Shown here: piece after piece, positions 45,445-55,508 of the stretch
How positions within the stretch are numbered: position 1 is the first letter of the stretch
How the letters are laid out: each line of letters opens with the position of its first letter
Source of the DNA: an uncultured candidate division Zixibacteria bacterium
Lineage (GTDB): Bacteria; Zixibacteria; MSB-5A5; UBA10806
NCBI GenBank assembly: GCA_963801605.1
Contig: CAWDFP010000006.1
Location: 320,001-384,000 of the forward strand
DNA length: 64,000 nt
Direction: 5' to 3'
Made by a program: the position numbers and the translations under genes
Notes under the pieces: generated by a model
Told to the model about the DNA's origin: nothing
The model's database searches: none
What the model saw: the letters and a program-made list of their open reading frames with translations, nothing else

Positions 45445-46908
45445 CTAGAACCTGTAGCTCACAGAAACATGTGAGGCATACAATTTTTGTTTATAGATTC
45501 CGGGGAAATTATCGAAGATGTGATCACCGTTAACATCAGTTAAGGTTGTAATGGTGCGATTCTGGAAACTCAGGTATTCGAAATTATAGGATATTTCGGC
45601 TCCGCCAACTTTATAGGCCGCTCCGATGTTAAATGAATTCTTGTTGCCCATATCCGGGATGAGGGGTGTGAAAGTTTCATCGGGAATCGGGCTGGGATCG
45701 TGATAATATCCAAGTCTGATACCAAGAGGCTTAGACACCCAGTATTCTGCTCCCAAAGAGAACCTTACGGTGTTATCCCAATTAAGGATAATGGCAGAAT
45801 TAGTGGCAGGCTGTCCGGACGGGTCAGTACCGTTGAGCTTGATTAGAATTGAATCGAGGGACGACCATTTTGTGTAGGCAACATCGCCGGTAATGGTTAA
45901 TTTTTCAGATGGTTTGAAAGCCAATCCGAAACCGATATCCATAGGGGTCTTGAGTTCGGCTTTGGCCGACGGGCTGGCCGTATAATTCTGAGCTGCGAAA
46001 AGGAATCTAATCTGAGCCGAATCGGCGGCGTTGGTAACCTGCGATAAAAGGATGTTCTTGAGGGTCTCGTTATTGAATCCGTACAGCTCCTGTTTGGCGG
46101 TACCCGAAAGTTTCAACGTTGAACCGGTGCGGCCGGAGATGCCAAACTGGAGTTTCGACGAAAGCTTATAGAGGAGCCCGAAATTGGCTCCATAACCCCA
46201 ACCATCACCCTTCATCTCACTGCTGATAACGATATTTTCATGGGGGATCGGCAGGCCGCTCGGCTTGAGATATGTCCGGCCAAAAGTGATGCTTCCTCTT
46301 TGTATGGAAACGCCAACTCCCAGGCTCAATTTATCATTTAGGAAAGCCTTGGCTACCGTGGGGTGGATATCGATAATTTTTAAATCGGCCTTGTGATCAT
46401 ACCAGGGATATGGATAGGCCAGGTCCATTCCAACGGGATTATATAGATCCCATTCGCTGCCGAGGCCATAAGGAATATAAATGGCTAGGCCTGCAGTAAT
46501 GTTTTTAAGGGCTTTGAGCTTAAAAAAGCCCGAAACATCAGGAATGAAACTGGTTTTATCGTTCGGATAGAGAGTTTTGCCGTTGCGATAACCGACATTT
46601 AGGCCGTTGAATGTTATATCCGGCGTATACTCCGGTCGCGGGCTGATTGCCACCAACATGCCATTTAACTCTGAGTTTTCAACCTGAGTCAGGCCTGCCG
46701 GATTCCAATATGCAGCGCTCCAATCATCGGCCAGGCCGCGGAACGCGCCACCCATGCCGATCGCTTTCGAGCCAACTCCGGAAAGGGCAAATCCCCCGGC
46801 CAGAGCGCCCTGAGCGAACAAGACCACCAGGATCGCCGCGAACACCAGCTTAGCTTTTAAGCCAATTAAGACACCACGCGAACGGGCATCCGCGAATTTG
46901 TTCATCAT
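45445..46908 (-). CDS. OmpP1/FadL family outer-membrane transporter
   Basis: GGFALSG..KAIGMGGA..GLADDWSAAYWNPAGL; PYGLGSEW; C-terminal VSYRF; AGGAG RBS before 46908. Confidence 0.85.
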   Translation of the reverse strand: MMNKFADARSRGVLIGLKAKLVFAAILVVLFAQGALAGGFALSGVGSKAIGMGGAFRGLADDWSAAYWNPAGLTQVENSELNGMLVAISPRPEYTPDITFNGLNVGYRNGKTLYPNDKTSFIPDVSGFFKLKALKNITAGLAIYIPYGLGSEWDLYNPVGMDLAYPYPWYDHKADLKIIDIHPTVAKAFLNDKLSLGVGVSIQRGSITFGRTYLKPSGLPIPHENIVISSEMKGDGWGYGANFGLLYKLSSKLQFGISGRTGSTLKLSGTAKQELYGFNNETLKNILLSQVTNAADSAQIRFLFAAQNYTASPSAKAELKTPMDIGFGLAFKPSEKLTITGDVAYTKWSSLDSILIKLNGTDPSGQPATNSAIILNWDNTVRFSLGAEYWVSKPLGIRLGYYHDPSPIPDETFTPLIPDMGNKNSFNIGAAYKVGGAEISYNFEYLSFQNRTITTLTDVNGDHIFDNFPGIYKQKLYASHVSVSYRF

Positions 46909-46984
46909 CTGCGCATCTCCTGCTAAGAAGTTAATTTTCCTTAATAATTCGCGCCCCCGCAAAAAACCTAAGGGTACTAATTAA

Positions 46985-47728
46985 TCACTTTTTATCCATT
47001 CCTGCCAGATATTTTTTGGCTTCCTCCTTATATTTAATATCTACCGGCCCTTGGCCCGGAAGTGTGAGGCATTTGTCAAACTCCTCTCTGGCCTGAGGCA
47101 GCATATCATATTGCTGATAGGTTATTCCCATTTCAAGGTGATGATTAATCAAATTCGGATTCAAGGCGACCGCTTTTTGCATAAATGCGATTGCATCTTT
47201 TTTATTAGCGGATCCCAATCCTAAAGGCGCCCTAAAGAGTTTTGGTTTTTTGGCAATTTCGCGGTTCCATCTGCCCAGGATATGCCAGGCGCCGTCATGC
47301 AACGAATCAAGCTCAAGCGCCCTCGATGCTTCGGCTTTAACCTGCTTAGCAATCCCTATCGAATTAAAAATGCCTTTGAAAAGGGCTACTTTCCCCAGGG
47401 CCCGTGCCAACTGAAAGTGAGCGTCAGCCGAATTCTCCTGAAGCTTTACGGCTATCTTTTCAGACGAGGCAGCCTCCTCAAATATTACAAGCTGCGAATC
47501 TTTTGGCGTTAGTTCACCCAAAAAATTCAGGCTCCGTCCCAACTTCCATGAAGCATCGAAGCTTTGGCTATCGTTCGAGACCGCTTGACGGAATAACGCT
47601 GCCGAACCGGCGTAATCGTAGAGCGAGTACAGACTATCACCCCGGGCCAGAAGATCGGCCTCCGGCGCGGCATACAAATTTCCGCAAATGATAAATACAA
47701 AAAACGGGAAAAAGATCCAGTGTCGCAT
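46985..47728 (-). CDS. Secreted TPR-like helical protein
   Basis: Signal peptide; ADAHFQLARALG, AWHILGRW and AVALNP..INHHLEMG helical repeats. Confidence 0.7.
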   Translation of the reverse strand: MRHWIFFPFFVFIICGNLYAAPEADLLARGDSLYSLYDYAGSAALFRQAVSNDSQSFDASWKLGRSLNFLGELTPKDSQLVIFEEAASSEKIAVKLQENSADAHFQLARALGKVALFKGIFNSIGIAKQVKAEASRALELDSLHDGAWHILGRWNREIAKKPKLFRAPLGLGSANKKDAIAFMQKAVALNPNLINHHLEMGITYQQYDMLPQAREEFDKCLTLPGQGPVDIKYKEEAKKYLAGMDKK

Positions 47729-48304
47729 CTTGCTCCTAATTTGCGTTTAATCTTTTACAAAGATCCTTGAATCCCCCCGACCAAACCAGCATCGAAGTTA
47801 CTAAATTACCTCTTGCGTGTCAAGGGAGAGACGCAGTCAAATCACGATGCTCTCCCGGGACGACATAATCTATATTCATGATATTAATAACTCCTGATTA
47901 AAATAATTCAGCAGATAACAAAAATTGCGCCGAATTTTGAAACAGAATTTTTTCCAATCAATAGTGAGCTATGTTTGATTGACTTATGGGGATGACTTTA
48001 TGTTTCGTTTAACGATATCGAAACACTATTCACATGAAATTTTAAAAAACCTCGATTCCATTACAATCTCATCGCATCCTTCACTGTAAATGACGTCTTA
48101 ATAAACAAGTTACGGATTTAAGAAATTACTTTAGTTTTAATCTTGACATTCGATTCTATAAATCAATTCTTTGGCCGTGCAGATGATTATTATGAGGGAA
48201 ATATATAAACTGCTCTTATTGACTCTGCCTTGTAGTAAACCCAATTAGTAGAATTACATTCTAGTTCGCGTCGGAGGGGGGAAAGTTAAGCGAAACCTAT
48301 GGAG

Positions 48305-48334
48305 ATATCCACATCTGTAGATAACTTGTCAACA
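48305..48334. promoter_or_regulatory. Cluster of three DnaA-box-like 9-mers before dnaA
   Basis: ATATCCACA (48305), TGTAGATAA (48316, reverse) and TTGTCAACA (48326): 1-2 mismatches to TTATCCACA. Confidence 0.55.
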
Positions 48335-49683
48335 TGTCAACGAACCTTTCTGCCGAACAGCTCTGGTGCGATTCACTCGAAATCGTAAAATCCCAGATCT
48401 CAACACAAAGCTTCAATACCTGGCTTAAGTCAACTAACGGAGTATCTCGAGACGAAAAGATACTTCGTGTTTCCGTACCTAACAAATTCGCGCTCAATTG
48501 GATTGCGGATAAATTCCACAATATTATCATCAACGCCGTGAGCGAAACCGCCGGGACTGCTCTTCAAGTCGAGTATATCAGCCGCGACGAAGTGGCAGCG
48601 GTTCCGCAATCATTACCGGAACAGCGGATTGAGGTTAAATCGCAAAACAATTATCTAAGTTTCGATACCCGTCTCAGTTCGCGTTATAATTTCGATAATT
48701 TCGTGGTAGGCGATTCCAATCAGTTTGCGCACGCTGCCGCGGTGGCTGTGGCCAAGGCCCCGATGCAAACCAAGTACAATCCTCTTTATATATATGGCGG
48801 CGTAGGGCTGGGCAAGACTCATCTAGCTCAGGCTATTGGAAATTATGTGCATGAGGGATTTACCAATCTTAAAATCCTTTATGTGACATCCGAGCGGTTT
48901 ACAACCGATTTTATCGACGCTATTGCTCATCAAAAAACCGCAGAATTTGCCAGGCTTTATCGAGGGGTAGACCTGTTGCTTTTGGATGATATTCAGTTTT
49001 TGACCGGCAAGGAGGCCACTCAGGAACAGTTTTTCCATACTTTCAATGCCTTGCATCAGGCCGGCAAGCAAATTATTCTCACCAGCGACCGTTCGCCTCG
49101 AGAGATCAAGGGCCTTGAGGATCGTCTTCTTTCGCGATTCCAATCAGGATTAGTGGCCGATATCCAACCACCCGATCTTGAAACCAGAATCGCCATTCTT
49201 CAGCAGATTGTACATTCGGAAAAACAAGCGGTTTCGTTCGATGTTTTAACCTATATTGCCAAAAATATCACTCGCAATATTCGCGAACTTGAAGGCTCGA
49301 TAGTGCGTCTTTTGGCTTACGGATCGATTACCGGCCGATCCCTTAATGTCGGCTTTGCGCAGGAGATATTAAAGGACGCCTTCAGTACCGGCTGCGTGAT
49401 AACCCTCGATTCGATCTCCAAGGCGGTTTGTGATTATTTTAAGATTTCGCCGGAACAACTCAGATCCAAACGCAAAACGGCCGATCTGGTCCGGGCGAGA
49501 CAGATAGCCATGTATCTGTGCCGTAAACATACCTCCTGTTCACTCAAGTTGATAGGAGAGGAGTTTGGGGGACGAGATCACTCCACAGTCATACATGCCA
49601 TCAACGTAATGGAGGAGGAATCAAAGATCGATATGGGACTCAGACGAGCCATCGACGAGATCGAGAACAGCCTCAAAGCCTGA
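48334..49683 (+). CDS. dnaA: Chromosomal replication initiator DnaA
   Basis: FNTWL, YNFDNFVVGDSN, YNPLYIYGGVGLGKTHL, LLDDIQF, QEQFFHTFN, NIRELEG, RQIAMYL, FGGRDHSTV. Confidence 0.97.
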   Translation: MSTNLSAEQLWCDSLEIVKSQISTQSFNTWLKSTNGVSRDEKILRVSVPNKFALNWIADKFHNIIINAVSETAGTALQVEYISRDEVAAVPQSLPEQRIEVKSQNNYLSFDTRLSSRYNFDNFVVGDSNQFAHAAAVAVAKAPMQTKYNPLYIYGGVGLGKTHLAQAIGNYVHEGFTNLKILYVTSERFTTDFIDAIAHQKTAEFARLYRGVDLLLLDDIQFLTGKEATQEQFFHTFNALHQAGKQIILTSDRSPREIKGLEDRLLSRFQSGLVADIQPPDLETRIAILQQIVHSEKQAVSFDVLTYIAKNITRNIRELEGSIVRLLAYGSITGRSLNVGFAQEILKDAFSTGCVITLDSISKAVCDYFKISPEQLRSKRKTADLVRARQIAMYLCRKHTSCSLKLIGEEFGGRDHSTVIHAINVMEEESKIDMGLRRAIDEIENSLKA

Positions 49684-49901
49684 TTCATAAGAAAAACGAT
49701 ATTAAAGGCGCCTGGAAAAAACATCCCGGCGCTTATTTTTTATAAGATAACTTTTGCATGACGCTATAATTCGTTTCCGGGATAATGAGAAGAACGGAAT
49801 TTTTCTCCTTGCAATCCCGATTAGGTTATCGCATTTTCAAAATAATATAATTTAATCCCCTTTGGTCGTTCGGGACTCAAAGCAACAAAAGGAGCTATTG
49901 C

Positions 49902-50405
49902 ATGTTCACCTCCATTGAAGATTTTAAGCAGAACTGGACTTATGAATCATCATGTACTCGCAAACTTATGGATCAATTAACAGACAAATCGCTGACCCAG
50001 CAGGTTACTAACGATCATCGAACGCTGGGACGGTTGGCCTGGCATATCACTCAGACAATCCCTGAAATGGGCGGACGAACTGGATTAAAAATAAGCGGTC
50101 CCGATCCAACAGTTGCGGTTCCCTCAAGCGCCGAAGATATTAAGAAAGCCTACGACGCTGCGGCTTCGTCGCTATTGGAGCAGGTTGTATCCTCATGGGA
50201 TGATAAAACTCTTCAGGTTGAGGACGATATGTATGGTGAGAAGTGGAAACGAGGCAACTCGTTGGCGATAATCATTGCGCACGAGATTCATCATCGCGGG
50301 CAAATGACAGTCTTGATGCGTCAGGCCGGCCTGCGAGTTCCCGGCGTATATGGTCCGTCGAAAGAGGAATGGGCTCAATACGGGGGAAATCCGCCGGAAA
50401 TTTAG
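49902..50405 (+). CDS. DinB family protein
   Basis: RTLGRLAWHI and HEIHHRGQMTVLMRQAGLRVPGVYGP. Confidence 0.88.
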   Translation: MFTSIEDFKQNWTYESSCTRKLMDQLTDKSLTQQVTNDHRTLGRLAWHITQTIPEMGGRTGLKISGPDPTVAVPSSAEDIKKAYDAAASSLLEQVVSSWDDKTLQVEDDMYGEKWKRGNSLAIIIAHEIHHRGQMTVLMRQAGLRVPGVYGPSKEEWAQYGGNPPEI

Positions 50406-50454
50406 CTGATATTAAATGAACCGGTAACTGGATCGTAAAAACGCTTCAAATATT

Positions 50455-51570
50455 ATGTTAGCTTGTCCCAATTGCACAACGAGACTCAGCCGTCAATCGA
50501 TCGGCCACGGGGTCATTTATGCCTGCCCCACATGTGGCGGCCGCGCCTTGGGACTGGGGTTATTGCATAAAATGAATATTTCCGATACTTTCATGCGCGA
50601 TCTCTGGGCAAAAGCGGTCTCTCCTGGCACCCCTCGTTTGCGGGCCTGCCCTCATTGCGGGCAAAACATGGCGGAGGTAATAAGCGATGTTGGCGGAAAA
50701 CCTCTGACGCTCGATGTTTGTACCTCCTGTCAGAGCGTTTGGTTTGATCCGATTGAGCATGAAATATTACCCCACAAACCCCAGGTGTCTGAGGATCAAC
50801 TTTCTGACGCGGCCAAACAAGCTTTGCTTGAAATCGAGCTTGCCGAAATGCGTCGGACCCAGAAAGAGGAAGAGAATTCTGCCCCGCCCGAACAACTCTG
50901 GCAAAGAGCAGTTTCCATGCTCGGTTTACCGGTTTTAGAAAATGGCGATGAAATCAAGGTTCGGCCTTTCATGATTTGGGGGCTGGCATTGGCTTGCGTG
51001 CTAACCTATATTTTTGGTAGAAAAGATATCGACTCAGCCATGATGGCCTGGGGCTTCATTCCGGAATTGTGGTACCGGCATGGCGGCCTGACTTATTTTA
51101 CATCATTCTTTTTGCATGCCAATATTTTGCATCTGGTGATAAATTTATATTTTCTGCTGATATTTGGAGATCATCTCGAAGGGCTATTGGGGAGATGGAA
51201 GCTTTTGATGCTGATTTTCGGTTCGCATATCGCCGGATTGACGGTACATTATATGATTATGCCACACAGCGTTTTACCTCTTGTGGGGGCGAGCGCCGGA
51301 GTGGCGGGCATTCTGGCTTATTTTACGGTTTCATTCCCAAGAGCCAGGGTGGCGCTTATTTGGGGTTTCTTCGGGAGAGGAATAGGTTGGACCAGGCTGC
51401 CAGTGCTGTTTTTCCTGATGTTTTTTATAATCAGTGAAATGACACCGTCATTTATGAATACCGGGATGCCATCGGACAAGGTCAGCCTGGCATTTATGGG
51501 AGGCTTGATGGTTGGTGTTTGTGCGGCGATTTGGGTGAAGATAAATAGAGTGCCCCTTCCTCAACGATAA
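50455..51570 (+). CDS. Rhomboid intramembrane protease with two N-terminal zf-TFIIB-like zinc ribbons
   Basis: CPNC..CPTC and CPHC..LDVCTSC.SVWFD; FLHANILHLVIN; VGASAG. Confidence 0.85.
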   Translation: MLACPNCTTRLSRQSIGHGVIYACPTCGGRALGLGLLHKMNISDTFMRDLWAKAVSPGTPRLRACPHCGQNMAEVISDVGGKPLTLDVCTSCQSVWFDPIEHEILPHKPQVSEDQLSDAAKQALLEIELAEMRRTQKEEENSAPPEQLWQRAVSMLGLPVLENGDEIKVRPFMIWGLALACVLTYIFGRKDIDSAMMAWGFIPELWYRHGGLTYFTSFFLHANILHLVINLYFLLIFGDHLEGLLGRWKLLMLIFGSHIAGLTVHYMIMPHSVLPLVGASAGVAGILAYFTVSFPRARVALIWGFFGRGIGWTRLPVLFFLMFFIISEMTPSFMNTGMPSDKVSLAFMGGLMVGVCAAIWVKINRVPLPQR

Positions 51571-51904
51571 TATTTAAGCTGTTTTTAATGAAAGCTAATC
51601 GGTAAAGTTTTCATTTATTTTTGGTGTCGAAATCTACCTTATAGGTTACCCAAACGGAAATTAGTCTTCTGGACTGTATTAGCGACCCCTACATAGGTTG
51701 ATTGCGGGTAAATCCATATTATTTTGCCTTACAAATCCCCTTGACTCTAATATTTATAAGTTTATCATTATGGCTTGTTTTGGAACTTTATGGGCCGACT
51801 GGCCATTTATGGATAGGATTTGATAACAAGATACAGCTGGCATCAGATCACAGCCCGTGTGGTAATTGATCTGAACGAAGCATGGTAAAAAGTAGGAGTA
51901 AAAA

Positions 51905-53524
51905 ATGGGAATATTCAAGGTACCGGTTCCGAAAAATGAGCCAATATTAAATTACGCGCCGGGTTCGCCCGAAAGAGCCAAACTGGCAGAGGCGCTGAAT
52001 AAGTTAAAATCGCAACGGGTCGATATCCCGATGATTATCGGCGGAAAGGAAATCCGGACCGCTGATAAGGTTAAAATAACCGCGCCACATGACCACAGCC
52101 TGGTTTTGGGTAACTATTATAAGGGCGGCAAGGCCGAAGTTGAAGCCGCGGTCAAAGCCGCTCTCTCTGCCAAACACGCCTGGGAATGCATGACCTGGGA
52201 ATCCCGGGCATCGGTATTTCTCAAGGCTGCCGATCTTCTTTCCGGTAAGTATCGGGCTGAGATGAATGCGGCGACTATGTTAGCTCATGATAAAAATATA
52301 TTTCAGGCCGAGATTGATTCCGTTTGCGAACTGGCTGACTTTTTCCGATACAATGTTCATTTCTCGGAGCAGATATATCATTTTCAACCGGAAAATTCGC
52401 CAATGGTTTGGAATCGGATGGATTACCGCGCTCTGGAGGGTTTTGTTTTTGCGGTAACCCCGTTTAACTTTGTCTCGATTGCCGGGAATCTTCCGGCGGC
52501 TCCGGCCATAATGGGAAATACCGTTATCTGGAAACCAGCCTCAAGCGTAGTTTATACAGCCAATGTTATAATGAAAATCTTCCGCGAGGCAGGGCTGCCC
52601 GATGGCGTAATAAATATGATCACCGCGCGCGGGGCCGATGTTGGCGAAGTTATATTAAAAAATCGCGATCTGGCCGGGATTCATTTCACCGGTTCAACCG
52701 CAGTATTCCATCAGATGTGGAAAACAGTTGGTGATAATATTGCCAATTATAAGAACTATCCGCGCCTCGTGGGGGAAACCGGCGGTAAGGATTTCGTATT
52801 CGCGCATAAATCCGCCGATCCAGCCGAGGTGGTAACGGCCATTACTCGCGGGGCATTCGAATATCAGGGGCAGAAATGCTCGGCAGCTTCGCGCTCATAT
52901 CTTCCAAAATCGCTATGGCCGGCTATCTCCGAGGGGCTTCGTCGGGACGCGGCCTCAATTAAGATGGGCCCTCCCGATGATTTCACCAATTTCGTCAATG
53001 CTGTAATCGATGAGGAAGCATTCAAGTCGATCACCGCTTTTATCGATTATGCCAAAAAATCCAAGGACGCGCAGATTCTTTTCGGCGGAAATTATGATGG
53101 CTCTAAGGGATGGTTCATCGAGCCGACATTGGTCGTGACTACCGATCCGCATTTTAAGCTTATCGAAGAAGAGATCTTTGGCCCGGTGATGACTGTTTAT
53201 GTCTATGATGATGAAAAGTTTGAGGAGACGCTGCATCTCTGCGATCAATCCTCACCATACGCCTTGACCGGCGCCATCTTTGCGCGCGATAAGAATGCGA
53301 TCATTTTGGCGAACAATATTCTTCGTCATGCGGCCGGTAACTTCTATATCAATGATAAGCCGACTGGAGCGGTGGTAGGCCAGCAACCGTTTGGCGGCGC
53401 CAGAGCATCAGGCACCAACGATAAGGCCGGCAGCCTGCTCAACATGATTCGTTGGACATCACCGCGAACCATTAAGGAGAATTTCTCTCCGCCGACAGAT
53501 TACCGTTATCCGTTTTTGGGGTAA
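51905..53524 (+). CDS. pruA: 1-pyrroline-5-carboxylate dehydrogenase
   Basis: NEPILNYAPGSPER, TPFNF, HFTGST, GETGGKDF, FEYQGQKCSA, INDKPTGAVVGQQPFGGARASGTNDKAG. Confidence 0.93.
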   Translation: MGIFKVPVPKNEPILNYAPGSPERAKLAEALNKLKSQRVDIPMIIGGKEIRTADKVKITAPHDHSLVLGNYYKGGKAEVEAAVKAALSAKHAWECMTWESRASVFLKAADLLSGKYRAEMNAATMLAHDKNIFQAEIDSVCELADFFRYNVHFSEQIYHFQPENSPMVWNRMDYRALEGFVFAVTPFNFVSIAGNLPAAPAIMGNTVIWKPASSVVYTANVIMKIFREAGLPDGVINMITARGADVGEVILKNRDLAGIHFTGSTAVFHQMWKTVGDNIANYKNYPRLVGETGGKDFVFAHKSADPAEVVTAITRGAFEYQGQKCSAASRSYLPKSLWPAISEGLRRDAASIKMGPPDDFTNFVNAVIDEEAFKSITAFIDYAKKSKDAQILFGGNYDGSKGWFIEPTLVVTTDPHFKLIEEEIFGPVMTVYVYDDEKFEETLHLCDQSSPYALTGAIFARDKNAIILANNILRHAAGNFYINDKPTGAVVGQQPFGGARASGTNDKAGSLLNMIRWTSPRTIKENFSPPTDYRYPFLG

Positions 53525-53561
53525 TTGAGTTATAGGCATGCCGCCAGTGCCAATAGAAATT

Positions 53562-53592
53562 AACCGGGGTCCCTGATGGACTCCGGTTTTAT
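53562..53592. terminator. Terminator hairpin between pruA and the convergent gene
   Basis: aaccggggtcc-ctgat-ggactccggtt followed by T-rich tail. Confidence 0.75.
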
Positions 53593-53617
53593 TATGGTGA
53601 TCCGATTATAAATATTT

Positions 53618-54037
53618 TTATCTAAAATATATTATACGCCAGGTTTTATCCGGCTGATGGCGAAGCTGCATTTTGGTATACAATTGTTGTCCGGCCTGCT
53701 GATCGACAAATGAAACTTCAACCTCCGCAAGACTGTCCTGCAGGACCTCTTTGTTGACGACAATCAGATCATGCATAAAACGGCCTCGCACCAGACCATC
53801 ACCCAAAAGCGACTGAATGGTCTTAACGCGGTAATCGCTCAGCACTTTCGCAGAATCCTCGGACGACATTGCCGACATCTGCGATTTAATGTAGGCATCG
53901 AGATCGAGAAGCTTGGCAACCCGCAGCGAATCCGAACTTTTGACAGCGTCGATAAACTCAAATACGGTGTCCTTGGGCGACGGCCCGCGTGAACAGGCGG
54001 CAAGAATCAAGCATGTTATGATAATGAATTTTTTCAT
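53618..54037 (-). CDS. Hypothetical lipoprotein (NTF2/DUF4878-like)
   Basis: LAAC lipobox; SPKDTVFEF; C-terminal WRI. Confidence 0.6.
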   Translation of the reverse strand: MKKFIIITCLILAACSRGPSPKDTVFEFIDAVKSSDSLRVAKLLDLDAYIKSQMSAMSSEDSAKVLSDYRVKTIQSLLGDGLVRGRFMHDLIVVNKEVLQDSLAEVEVSFVDQQAGQQLYTKMQLRHQPDKTWRIIYFR

Positions 54038-54128
54038 ATAGAAATGATAGCATCTATATTACAAATCATGCAAGTTCAAAATTAATCCCTATTTATTATA
54101 AGTATAAGAGGTGGTTATTAATTGCGGC

Positions 54129-54157
54129 TTGACAAGAAATCGGATTGGGGATAGTAT
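54129..54157 (+). promoter_or_regulatory. sigma70 promoter immediately before the manB start
   Basis: TTGACA-17 nt-TAGTAT (overlapping TATAAT), 7 nt before ATG 54165. Confidence 0.6.
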
Positions 54158-54164
54158 AATCGTC

Positions 54165-55508
54165 ATGAAAATAACAGAACAAATCTTTAAGGCGTACGAT
54201 ATTCGGGGCATCTATCCCCTTGAATTAAACGAAGATACGGCCTATGCCATCGGGTTGGGAACAGCCAATGTTTTAAGCGCGAAAAATGCGGTCGTGGGCC
54301 GGGATATGCGGCTATCATCGCCCATGTTGTCGGAGGCTGTCATTAACGGCTTGCGAGACGGCGGCGCGGATGTTACGGATATCGGCCTCATTTCCACCGA
54401 TGGCCTTTATTTCGCAGTTGGTAAATACGATTTCGAATGCGGGATAATGATTACCGCCTCGCACAACCCGCCCAAGTACAACGGCATGAAAGTCTGCGAG
54501 AAAGATGCCATACCGCTCTCAGGTGATGGCAAACTTGCGGTTGTTAAGAAACTTATTGTGGAAGATAGGCTTGTCAAGGCGCCCAAACGCGGTGCGTTCA
54601 TCAAGAAGGATGTACTTCAAGATTATGTAAAGCACTCCTTGAGCTTTGTCGACATTTCCCAAATTAAGCCGTTCAAGATTGTAGTCGATGCCGGAAACGG
54701 GATGGCGGGCATGATTATCCCGGAGGTTTTCAAGCATCTCAATTGCCAATTGATTCCGCTATATTTTGAACTCGATGGTTCGTTCCCAAATCATCCGGCC
54801 AGCCCGATTGAGCCGGAGAACGTAGCCGATCTCAAGGCTAAGATAAAAGAAACGGGCGCTGATCTCGGTGCCGCTTTCGACGGCGATGCCGACCGTGTCT
54901 TTTTAATAGATGAGAAATGCCAGACGCTCGGCGGCGATATGGTGACAGGCCTGGTGGCCAAAGCGCTGCTCAAGAAGAATCCGGGATCGACTATTCTCTA
55001 TAATCTTATATGTTCGAAGGCGGTGCCGGAACTTATAGAATCGTTGGGCGGTAAAGCCATTCGAACGCGAGTGGGTCATGCCTTAATCAAACCGTTGATG
55101 CGAGAACATAACGCCATATTTGGCGGCGAGCATTCCGGGCATTTCTATTTCCGCGACAACTGGTTTGCCGATTCGGGTTTGATTGCATTCCTGGTTTGCC
55201 TGGAGCTAATATCCGAGGCAAATAGGCCGCTCTCGGCGCAGGTGGCATCATTCGATCATTATGTCCGGTCAGGCGAAATTAATAGCGAGGTTAAGGATAT
55301 TCCTGGCAAGCTTAATGAGATTGAAACCATATTTAAGGATGGCAAGATCGATAAGGAAGATGGCCTGACGATTGATTTTGGCAGTTGGTGGTTTAATGTC
55401 AGGCCGTCGAATACCGAGCCGCTGCTTCGCTTGAATGTCGAGGCCAATAATCGCGGGCTTTTGGAAACGATGACTAATAAAGTACTGAATGTGATAAGAG
55501 CCAAATGA
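54165..55508 (+). CDS. manB: Phosphomannomutase/phosphoglucomutase
   Basis: IFKAYDIRG, TASHNP, FDGDADR, GGEHSGH and RPSNTEP motifs. Confidence 0.92.
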   Translation: MKITEQIFKAYDIRGIYPLELNEDTAYAIGLGTANVLSAKNAVVGRDMRLSSPMLSEAVINGLRDGGADVTDIGLISTDGLYFAVGKYDFECGIMITASHNPPKYNGMKVCEKDAIPLSGDGKLAVVKKLIVEDRLVKAPKRGAFIKKDVLQDYVKHSLSFVDISQIKPFKIVVDAGNGMAGMIIPEVFKHLNCQLIPLYFELDGSFPNHPASPIEPENVADLKAKIKETGADLGAAFDGDADRVFLIDEKCQTLGGDMVTGLVAKALLKKNPGSTILYNLICSKAVPELIESLGGKAIRTRVGHALIKPLMREHNAIFGGEHSGHFYFRDNWFADSGLIAFLVCLELISEANRPLSAQVASFDHYVRSGEINSEVKDIPGKLNEIETIFKDGKIDKEDGLTIDFGSWWFNVRPSNTEPLLRLNVEANNRGLLETMTNKVLNVIRAK

